A DNA stretch of 64,000 nucleotides from Candidatus Multivoradales bacterium (GTDB lineage: Bacteria > Acidobacteriota > Thermoanaerobaculia > Multivoradales > JAHEKO01). The stretch is taken from NCBI GenBank assembly GCA_965223855.1, contig CBDCXM010000009.1, positions 336,142 through 400,141 of the forward strand, read 5' to 3'. The notes beneath the pieces were generated by a model. That model saw only the letters and a program-made list of their open reading frames with translations, was not told the DNA's origin and did no database searches. Of the stretch, positions 56,770 through 64,000 are shown piece by piece (within the stretch, counting starts at the first letter, position 1; each line of letters begins with the position of its first letter). A program made the translations under genes and the position numbers.

Positions 56770-58980
56770 GTGCCAGCACGAATCAGGACGCTCTTTCTCT
56801 TCGCTACGGCGCTCGCGGTCGCCTCGACCACCGTCGCCGGTGACTGGACCCACTGGCGGGGACCGACCCGCAACGGCGTCTCCCCGGAGACCGGCTTGCT
56901 GGAAGCCTGGTCGGCCGAGGGGGAGAACCTGCTGTGGAGGGTCGAGGACTTCATCGGCCGCTCGACGCCGGTGGTGTTCGGCAACCGGGTGTGCGCCAAC
57001 GGGCGCGCCGGCGAGGGCGCCGAGCGGCAGGAGATGGTCGCCTGCTTCGATGCCGAGACCGGCGAGCGGCTTTGGGAGCGACGGTTCAACGTCTTCCACA
57101 CCTCGGTGCCGTGGACCCGTGTCGGCTGGGCCAACATCACGGCGGATGCGGAGACCGGCTATCTCTACGTCCAGGGGGTGGGCGGCCTCTTCCACTGCCT
57201 CGACAGTGCCGACGGCAGCATCGTCTGGTCGCGCAACCTGATCGAGGACTTCGGCTTCATGGAGGGCTACGGCGGGCGCACCCAGACGCCGGTCGTCGAC
57301 GAAGACAGGGTCATCGTGACCTTCGCCAACACCAGCTGGGGCGACGAAGGCAGGCCGCTCCACCGCCTGCGCGCCTTCGACAAGCGGACCGGGGAGCAGC
57401 TCTGGGTCGCTTCGCCCGCCAACTCGATGGCCGACAAGAACAGTCAGTCGACGCCGGCGATCGCCGTCATCGGCGGGCGGAGGCTGGTGATCCAGGGCAA
57501 CGGCGGCGGCTGGATCTACGCCGTAGAGGCTCGGACCGGCCGCGAGGTGTGGGGTTTCCACCTCAGCCAGCGCGGCATCAACACCTCGGTGCTGGTGGAA
57601 GGCACGACGGTCTATGCCATGCACAGCGAGGAGAACGTCGACGAGGGGACGATGGGCCGAGTGGTGGCGATCGACGCCACCGGTTCGGGCGACGTCACAG
57701 CGACCCACGAGCTGTGGCGCTCCGACATCGGCGCCGGCTTCACATCGCCCGCTCTCGCTGACGGCAAGCTGTTCGTCGTCGACAATTCCGCCAACCTCTA
57801 CGCCCTCGACCCGGAGACGGGAGAGGAGCTGTGGGAGCTCAACGTCGGTCGTGTCGGCAAAGGCTCGCCCGTGTGGGCGGACGGCAAGATCTACCTCACC
57901 GAGGTCAACGGCCGCTTCGCCATCGTCGATGCGAGCGGCGAGGAAGGGACTCTTCTCGACCTCGAGCAGCTGCGCGTCGGGCGCCGCCGGCCGGAGATCT
58001 ACGGCTCACCGGCGATCGCCAACGGGCGGATCTACTTCACCACCGACGCCGGGCTCTACGCACTCGGACAGGGCGACCCGAGCCCGGCGGCGACGGTAGA
58101 GCTCGACCTCGAGGAGCCGTCGATCCCCTCCGACACCGCCGCCGCCACGATTCGCGTCGTCCCGGGCGACCTCCAACTCGCCTTCGGCGAGACGGCCAGC
58201 TTCCGGGTGGATGCCTTCGACGAGCTCGGCCGTCGGCTCGGCTCGCGCCAGGCGGAACTCGCGGTGGAGGGCATCGAAGGCTCGATCGACGGTGACACGC
58301 TCACGGCAGGTTCACTGCCGGGCACCGGATCTGTCGTCGCCACCTTCGACGACATGACGGCGAAGGCCCGGATCCGCGTGGTCCCCTCGATCCCGTTCTC
58401 GGAGGACTTCGAGGGTACCGAGACCGGCTCCCGCCCCGGTTACATGCTCGGCTACCTCGCCCGCTTCGCCGTCGCCGAGCACGACGGCAGCAAGGTGCTC
58501 GCCAAGGGGCCGTCGCCGGTCAAGATCCACCGCCACATCACCTTCCTCGGCGCGCCGTGGCATGACAACTACACCGTCGAGGCGGACCTCAAGGCCGACG
58601 CCGAGAACCCCGAGAATCCCGATCTCGGGCTCATCAACGGCGGCTACACCATGGAGCTCCTCTCGATCGGCGCCCGTCCGGGTGCCCCTCCGGGGCCGAA
58701 GCTCCAGGTGCGCTCGTGGCAGGCGGGGCTGCGCATCGCCACCGATATCGAGTTCGACTGGACACCCGGTACCTGGTACCGGATGAAACTCCGTGTCGAT
58801 CAGCAGGAAGACTCGGCGCTCATCCGCGGCAAGGTGTGGCCGCGTGGCGAGGACGAGCCGGCCGACTGGTCGATCGAGGTCACCGACGCACTGCCGATTC
58901 TCTCCGGCGCCGCCGGGATCTCCGCCTACTCCCCCTCTTTCGTCTACTTCGACAACTTTCAGGTGAGTGAGAACGAATGA
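56770..58980 (+). CDS. PQQ-like beta-propeller secreted protein with C-terminal Ig-like and DUF1080/LamG-like domains, paralogue 3
   Basis: GTG start with AAGGAG Shine-Dalgarno. Signal peptide then GDWTHWRGP. The C-terminal 220 aa end in VYFDNFQV, typical of DUF1080 concanavalin-like domains. Confidence 0.6.
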   Translation: MPARIRTLFLFATALAVASTTVAGDWTHWRGPTRNGVSPETGLLEAWSAEGENLLWRVEDFIGRSTPVVFGNRVCANGRAGEGAERQEMVACFDAETGERLWERRFNVFHTSVPWTRVGWANITADAETGYLYVQGVGGLFHCLDSADGSIVWSRNLIEDFGFMEGYGGRTQTPVVDEDRVIVTFANTSWGDEGRPLHRLRAFDKRTGEQLWVASPANSMADKNSQSTPAIAVIGGRRLVIQGNGGGWIYAVEARTGREVWGFHLSQRGINTSVLVEGTTVYAMHSEENVDEGTMGRVVAIDATGSGDVTATHELWRSDIGAGFTSPALADGKLFVVDNSANLYALDPETGEELWELNVGRVGKGSPVWADGKIYLTEVNGRFAIVDASGEEGTLLDLEQLRVGRRRPEIYGSPAIANGRIYFTTDAGLYALGQGDPSPAATVELDLEEPSIPSDTAAATIRVVPGDLQLAFGETASFRVDAFDELGRRLGSRQAELAVEGIEGSIDGDTLTAGSLPGTGSVVATFDDMTAKARIRVVPSIPFSEDFEGTETGSRPGYMLGYLARFAVAEHDGSKVLAKGPSPVKIHRHITFLGAPWHDNYTVEADLKADAENPENPDLGLINGGYTMELLSIGARPGAPPGPKLQVRSWQAGLRIATDIEFDWTPGTWYRMKLRVDQQEDSALIRGKVWPRGEDEPADWSIEVTDALPILSGAAGISAYSPSFVYFDNFQVSENE

Positions 58981-60452
58981 ACCGCAACAGCCTCTTCGTC
59001 GTCGCCGCTCTCGCGGCTCTGATCGCTCTTCCCGCCATCGCCCAGGACGCGGCGATGTTCGGCAACGGCCCGCAGCGCAACATGACTTCGGATGCCACCG
59101 ACCTTCCCACCGAGTGGGACCTGGGGAGCGGCAAGAACGTGCTGTGGAAGCAGCAGCTCGGTTCGCAGTCCTACGGCGGTCCGGTGCTCTTCGACGACCG
59201 CATCTACGTCGGCACCAACAACGAAGCCGAGCGCAACCCGGCGATCACCGGCGACCGCGGGAACGTGATGGCGTTCAACGCCACCACCGGTGAGTTCCTG
59301 TGGCAGGCGGCTCACGCCAAGCTGACCTCGGGCCGGGTGCATGACTGGCCGCTCCAGGGGGTCTGCGCGGCGCCCTACGTCGAGGGCGACCGCCTCTGGT
59401 ACGTGTCGAACCGTGCGGAGATCATCGCCGCCGACGTCGACGGCTTCCGCGACGGTGAGAACGACGGACCGTACACCTCGGAGGAGCACAGCTCCGAGAT
59501 CGACGAGGATGTGATCTGGAAGGTCGACATGATCGGCGATCTCGACGTCTTCCCGCACAACCTGGCCGTCGGCAGCCCGCTGGCTGTCGGCGACAAGCTG
59601 TTCATCGTCACCGGCAACGGCGTCGACGAGGGACACATCAACATCCCTTCGCCCGACGCGCCGAGCTTCCTCGCCGTCGACAAGAACACCGGCGAAGTGC
59701 TGTGGACCTCGGACGCACCGGGGCCGAGCATCCTCCACGGCCAGTGGTCGAACCCGGCCTACGGAGTGATCGGCGGTACGCCTCAGGTGGTCTTCCCCGG
59801 CGGTGACGGCTGGCTCTATTCGTTCCACCCCGACTCCGGCGAGCTGCTGTGGAAGTTCGACTGCAACCCCAAGGACTCGATCTGGGAGCTCGGCGGCATG
59901 GGGACGCGCAACGCGATCATCTCGACGCCGGTGATCCACAACGACCGCGTCTACCTCGGCGTCGGCCAGGATCCCGAGCACGGCGAAGGGGTCGGCAACT
60001 TCTGGGTGATCGACGCGACGAAGCGCGGTGAGCTCGGTGCGGACGCGGTCGTGTGGCATCGCGGCGGGGAAGAGTTCGGCCGCACGATCTCGACGGCGGC
60101 GATCCACGACGGCATCGTCTACATCGCCGACCTCTCCGGCTTCCTCTACGCCCTCGATGCCGACACCGGCGAGCACTACTGGACCTACGACGCCTTCGCG
60201 GCGGTGTGGGGCTCGGCGTTCGTCGCCGACGGCAAGGTCTACCTCGGTGACGAGGACGGCGACATCGTGGTGCTCGAGGCCGGCAAGGAGATGAACCTGA
60301 TCGCCGAGACCAACCTCGGATCGGCGGTCTACACGACGCCGGTGGCGCGCGACGGCACGCTCTACATCGCCAGCCGCAACATGCTCTTCGCCTTCCAGGA
60401 GGGGGCGATGCTCGAGGCCGCCGAGGGCGGCGAAACAGCAGCGGCGCCGTGA
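58977..60452 (+). CDS. PQQ-like beta-propeller repeat secreted protein, paralogue 4
   Basis: ATGA overlap with paralogue 3. Signal peptide. Propeller blades (GDRLWYVS, DKLFIVTGNG, DGIVYIADLSGFLYALD). Confidence 0.6.
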   Translation: MNRNSLFVVAALAALIALPAIAQDAAMFGNGPQRNMTSDATDLPTEWDLGSGKNVLWKQQLGSQSYGGPVLFDDRIYVGTNNEAERNPAITGDRGNVMAFNATTGEFLWQAAHAKLTSGRVHDWPLQGVCAAPYVEGDRLWYVSNRAEIIAADVDGFRDGENDGPYTSEEHSSEIDEDVIWKVDMIGDLDVFPHNLAVGSPLAVGDKLFIVTGNGVDEGHINIPSPDAPSFLAVDKNTGEVLWTSDAPGPSILHGQWSNPAYGVIGGTPQVVFPGGDGWLYSFHPDSGELLWKFDCNPKDSIWELGGMGTRNAIISTPVIHNDRVYLGVGQDPEHGEGVGNFWVIDATKRGELGADAVVWHRGGEEFGRTISTAAIHDGIVYIADLSGFLYALDADTGEHYWTYDAFAAVWGSAFVADGKVYLGDEDGDIVVLEAGKEMNLIAETNLGSAVYTTPVARDGTLYIASRNMLFAFQEGAMLEAAEGGETAAAP

Positions 60453-61525
60453 GCGATCTCGCCTCCAGGGTCGAGGCTGCTCGGGAGCAGCTCGACGCTC
60501 ACGTGCGCGACACGGTCGCCTGGCACTTCGACCCGGAGACCGGCTGCCCGTTCTGGCTCGACTTCGCCTCGAAGCTCGACTTCGATCCGCGCGAACGGAT
60601 CCACGGCTACAAGGATCTCGCGGTCCTGGGACACTTCGAGGACGAGTGGCTCCGCGGCGGCCCGATCCGCCGCTGGGTGCCGAAGGGGCTGGCCGACAAG
60701 CCGCTCTACGTCTTCGAAACCGGCGGCTCCACCGGGCTGCCGAAGTCGCGCGTCAACATCGAGGACTTCCAGACCGACTACGAGCTCTTCAGCGACACCC
60801 TTTCCGACGAGACCTTCCCGAAGGGCGCCGACTGGTTGATGCTCGGCCCCACCGGGCCGCGTCGGCTGCGCCTCGCGATCGAGCACCTCGCTCAGCACCG
60901 CGGCGGCGTCGCCTTTCACGTCGACCTCGACCCGCGCTGGGTCAACAAGCTGATCAAGGCGGGCAAGCACCAGGAGATGCAGCTCTACAAGGAGCACGTC
61001 ATCGACCAGGGCTTGAAGATCCTGCGCGCCCACGACTCGGTCGAGTGCCTCTTCACGACGCCGAAGCTCCTCGAGGCGCTGTGCGAGAAGATCTCGCTCA
61101 CCAAGGCGGGCATCAAGGGGATCTTCTGCGGCGGCACCGAGATGAACGCCCAGTTCCACCGCTTCGCCCGCGAGGAGCTGGTGCCGGGGATCGACTTCCA
61201 GCCGACCTACGGCAACACGTTGATGGGCCTCGCCTGCAACAAGCCGTTCGAGCTCACCGAGAACTACGAGATCACCTACTACGCCCCGGCGCCACGTGCG
61301 ATCTTCGACATCGTCAACCCCGACGACCCGACCGAGACCGTCGGTTACGGCGAGACGGGGCGCGTCATGCTGACGACGCTCACGAAGGAGTTCTTCATGC
61401 CGCGCTTCCTCGAGCGCGACGAGGGCGAGCGGGCGGAGCCGACCGACCGGTTCCCGTGGGACGGGGTGACGAACCTGAGGCTCTTCCAGCGGTTGGAGAG
61501 TTCGGTGGTGGTGGGGGTGTACTAG
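60449..61525 (+). CDS. ANL-superfamily adenylate-forming enzyme (PaaK / F390-synthetase-like)
   Basis: GTGA overlap with propeller paralogue 4. P-loop-like ETGGSTGLPKS near the N-terminus. 358 aa, shorter than canonical PaaK. Confidence 0.45.
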   Translation: MSDLASRVEAAREQLDAHVRDTVAWHFDPETGCPFWLDFASKLDFDPRERIHGYKDLAVLGHFEDEWLRGGPIRRWVPKGLADKPLYVFETGGSTGLPKSRVNIEDFQTDYELFSDTLSDETFPKGADWLMLGPTGPRRLRLAIEHLAQHRGGVAFHVDLDPRWVNKLIKAGKHQEMQLYKEHVIDQGLKILRAHDSVECLFTTPKLLEALCEKISLTKAGIKGIFCGGTEMNAQFHRFAREELVPGIDFQPTYGNTLMGLACNKPFELTENYEITYYAPAPRAIFDIVNPDDPTETVGYGETGRVMLTTLTKEFFMPRFLERDEGERAEPTDRFPWDGVTNLRLFQRLESSVVVGVY

Positions 61526-61550
61526 GAGTTGAAAGTCCCCAGGGCGCCGG

Positions 61551-61614
61551 AAACTACTAGAAATCTGTAGTTTTCCGTCAAGCCGGCATAACGTAACTAC
61601 AGTTTTACTGTAGT
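61551..61614. promoter_or_regulatory. two inverted repeats sharing ACTAC/GTAGT half-sites upstream of abiEi (putative operator)
   Basis: IR1 is AAACTAC-n9-GTAGTTT (61551-61573). IR2 is ACTACAGT-ttt-ACTGTAGT (about 61596-61614). Both sit in an AT-rich stretch directly before GTG 61623. Confidence 0.45.
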
Positions 61615-61622
61615 ATGGCGTA

Positions 61623-62210
61623 GTGGCACAACAGCGGATCGACCGGCGGAGGACCCTCGCCAACCTCGCTGGTCAACAGAAGGGCTACTTCCTGGCATCC
61701 CAGGCCGTCGATGCCGGCTACAGCTATCAGGCCCAGAAGTACCACACGGATCGAGGCAACTGGATTCGAATTGATCGAGGCCTATACCGGCTTCGAGACT
61801 GGCCTGTCGGCCCATACGACGATCTGGTCCGCTGGTCACTGTGGAGCCGAGGCCGCGCTGTCATCTCGCACGAGACGGCACTCGACGTCCACGATCTCGG
61901 TGACGTCAACCCCAGTCGCATCCACCTGACCGTCCCCTCGACCTTCCACGCCAGGTCGGCTCAGGTGCACCTCCATCGCGCAGACCTCGACCCGTCCGAC
62001 ATCAGCGAACACGACGGATATCGAGTCACCACGCCCCTCAGGACCCTGCTCGATGCGGCTGTCAGCGATCTCGACCAGGACTACCTCACAGGCGCCGTCG
62101 ACGATGCCCGTTCCCGCGACCCGACCATCGCTCCCAGGCTTCTCCGGATCGCAGATGCGTTCGGGCCTCGCGCTGCCCTCCGTATCGAGAGAGCCCTCGC
62201 CGAACTGTGA
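61623..62210 (+). CDS. abiEi: type IV toxin-antitoxin AbiEi-family antitoxin / transcriptional regulator
   Basis: N-terminal winged HTH plus the characteristic C-terminal domain (sequence resemblance to AbiEi_4-type proteins). GTGA-coupled to the downstream nucleotidyltransferase. Confidence 0.65.
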   Translation: MAQQRIDRRRTLANLAGQQKGYFLASQAVDAGYSYQAQKYHTDRGNWIRIDRGLYRLRDWPVGPYDDLVRWSLWSRGRAVISHETALDVHDLGDVNPSRIHLTVPSTFHARSAQVHLHRADLDPSDISEHDGYRVTTPLRTLLDAAVSDLDQDYLTGAVDDARSRDPTIAPRLLRIADAFGPRAALRIERALAEL

Positions 62211-63073
62211 CCGCCTACGCCACTGCCGCCGCTCTCCGCCAGGCGATCGAAGAGCGTCTTCGCCATCGGTCCGAGACCACGGGAGAGAGTCTCGATCGTC
62301 TGCGACGCAGGCTCGTCTTTGAACGCCTGCTGGTTCGACTCCAGGAGTCTCAGCCTGGGAGCTGGATCCTGAAAGGAGGGATGGCGCTCGAACTTCGGCT
62401 TGGAGATCGAGCCCGAGCCACCAAGGATCTCGACCTGGCGCTACGAGAGAGCGAACCGACGGAAGAACTCGTGCTCACGAAGCTGGCGCAAGCAATCCAG
62501 ATCGAAGTCGATCAAGACCGATTCGAGTTCGAGATTCGCGGCATCCGGAGCATGGCGCCCCATGTCTCTCCCGACACTGTCTGGCGAGTCAACCTTCTCG
62601 CGAAGCTGGCAGGGCGGGAGTTCGGCTCGATCCGCGCCGACATCGTTACGCGAACCGACGAGATCGCGTCAACCGAGACTTTTCTGCCTACGCCCACCCT
62701 GGACATCCCCGAGTTGCAGACTCGCGAAGTGGAGATCGTCGATCCGAAACAGCACTTTGCAGAGAAGCTCCACGCGGTCACTCGTTCCTTCGCCAACCGA
62801 CCCAACACGCGCTCTCGAGACCTGGTCGATCTGGTTCTGTTGATCGAGAACGGCCTACGCGCCGATCAACGGCTCGCCAAGACACTCGCGCACGTCTTCG
62901 ACCACCGCGGCACTCACTCTCTGGAGGGCCCTTTGCCCGAACTCCCGGAGAGCTGGCGCCCGGAGTTCGACAGAGCCGTTCGAGACTTGCAACTCGGACC
63001 CAAGAGCCTCGATGAGGCCGTCGAACTCGTCGAGACCTTCCTGAGTCGGACTTTCTCCAACCCCGAAGGGTGA
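62207..63073 (+). CDS. abiEii: type IV toxin-antitoxin AbiEii-family nucleotidyltransferase toxin (DUF1814)
   Basis: DUF1814-like sequence (ILKGGMALELRLGDRARATKDLDLAL carrying the NTase Gx10DxD-type motif). Paired with AbiEi. Confidence 0.65.
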   Translation: MTAYATAAALRQAIEERLRHRSETTGESLDRLRRRLVFERLLVRLQESQPGSWILKGGMALELRLGDRARATKDLDLALRESEPTEELVLTKLAQAIQIEVDQDRFEFEIRGIRSMAPHVSPDTVWRVNLLAKLAGREFGSIRADIVTRTDEIASTETFLPTPTLDIPELQTREVEIVDPKQHFAEKLHAVTRSFANRPNTRSRDLVDLVLLIENGLRADQRLAKTLAHVFDHRGTHSLEGPLPELPESWRPEFDRAVRDLQLGPKSLDEAVELVETFLSRTFSNPEG

Positions 63074-63103
63074 GTCCGGCCGGCAAGGCTCGACTCGCCC
63101 GAG

Positions 63104-64000
63104 CTACACCGGATAGACCTTCAGTACCTCGTCCCCGTAGTGGTTGATCACCTTGACGGCGATCTTCCCTGACTCGGGCTTGTCGAACGGGCGACTCTCG
63201 GTCCGGTAGAGGGTCGACCAGGCGTCCTCGTCGATCTCCGCCTTGAGCGCCTTCTTGAGCTTCTCGTAGGGCTTGTCGGCGCCGGTGAAGTAGGCATGAC
63301 GGACGAAGAAGCTCTCGCCGTTGTAGTCGGTATCGAGGAACCAACAGGCGATCTCGTCGGTGGTGCTGGAGCGGATCTCGCCAGTGGTCGGGTCGTAGAC
63401 GTCGAGACCGTGGATCTCGACCTGCATGCGGCCGCCCTCGACTTCGCGCAGCTCGATGTCCGGCTCGCCGAACACCATGAAGAGATTGCCGGCGCCGGTC
63501 TTCTTGAGGAGTTCCTCGCCCATCGAGAGATCGGGGTTCATCCGCACCAGCAGCACCGGCAGCTTGCCGTACTGCTTCGAGGCTTCGGCGATGAAACCTC
63601 GTTCCGCAGTCGCTCCTTCGGGTGAGATCGCCTTCGCCTTCTCGCTCGCGTGGGCATCGAAGGCGAAGCCGAGTACCAGCAGCAGGTCGAAGCCGACCCC
63701 CGCCACCGCCTCCTTGGCCGCCCCTTCGATCTGATCCTTGCCGACCGTACCGTGCTCGGGGCCGATCGCGATCGCCACGCGCTTTCTCTTGCCGTCGGCG
63801 TCCTCGTACTCGCCCGCCGCCTGCACCCAGGCGCCGGCGAACGGCTCGACGAAGTCGAACTCGAGCCGCTCCTCGCGGCGGGTGTTCTGGACCCCGGCCT
63901 TCCGCAGATTGTCGAGGATCATCGACTCGAACCCCTCGCCGCCGCGCTCGGCGGCCGCCGCCCGGCGTTCCTCGCCCTCCCCCGCCGGGCGTTCGGCCGA
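63104..64000 (-). CDS. hypothetical protein, C-terminal part (frame stays open to the window end)
   Basis: Minus-strand ORF ends at 63104. The same frame has no stop up to position 64000, so the N-terminus lies outside the window. No confident domain call. Confidence 0.4.
   Translation of the reverse strand, partial: SAERPAGEGEERRAAAAERGGEGFESMILDNLRKAGVQNTRREERLEFDFVEPFAGAWVQAAGEYEDADGKRKRVAIAIGPEHGTVGKDQIEGAAKEAVAGVGFDLLLVLGFAFDAHASEKAKAISPEGATAERGFIAEASKQYGKLPVLLVRMNPDLSMGEELLKKTGAGNLFMVFGEPDIELREVEGGRMQVEIHGLDVYDPTTGEIRSSTTDEIACWFLDTDYNGESFFVRHAYFTGADKPYEKLKKALKAEIDEDAWSTLYRTESRPFDKPESGKIAVKVINHYGDEVLKVYPV

Overview
High-GC (about 70 percent) bacterial chromosomal fragment, densely coding on both strands. 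I called about 53 CDSs and found no rRNA, tRNA or CRISPR array. GTG and TTG starts are common, and many adjacent genes overlap by 4 nt (ATGA or GTGA). Start coordinates were checked by hand against the printed sequence. The ORF track starts were not taken as true starts: several are longest-ORF artefacts and others were moved to internal starts. Product calls rest on motifs and domains I recognise in the translations; no database search was possible.

Gene content in order:
- Secreted hydrolases: beta-lactamase-fold protein with a PDZ domain, UshA-like 5'-nucleotidase, S10 carboxypeptidase, SGNH hydrolase, CPBP protease, S41-like peptidase.
- panE (ketopantoate reductase).
- A TlpA-like thiol-disulfide oxidoreductase lipoprotein.
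- A membrane-fusion protein followed by two tandem RND permeases (MdtABC-like), with no outer-membrane factor gene in the window.
- argG and argH, then a two-gene low-GC insertion (a protein with a possible convertase P-domain tail, and an FG-GAP repeat protein).
- A cNMP-binding Ser/Thr kinase divergent from a CHASE2 adenylate/guanylate cyclase, then an HD-domain protein and a FecR-OmpA pair.
- A 10-kb, seven-gene cluster (30785-40465, features below): three multihaem c-cytochromes, a porin-like barrel, a cNMP-binding ferredoxin, a dihaem-b-like membrane protein and an FHA protein.
- Mg2+ and osmotic homeostasis genes: two MgtC paralogues, two MscS channels, CorA, MarR.
- Assorted lipoproteins, a dCMP deaminase, a PAS protein and a thioesterase.
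- A cluster of four paralogous PQQ-like beta-propeller secreted proteins with an ANL adenylate-forming enzyme.
- An AbiEi/AbiEii type IV toxin-antitoxin pair with operator-like inverted repeats, starting a low-GC defence or mobile region that runs off the window end.

The most interesting candidate is the seven-gene cluster, which reads as a complete quinol-to-cell-surface extracellular electron-transfer pathway carrying an unusual cyclic-nucleotide plus Ser/Thr-kinase/FHA signalling layer.
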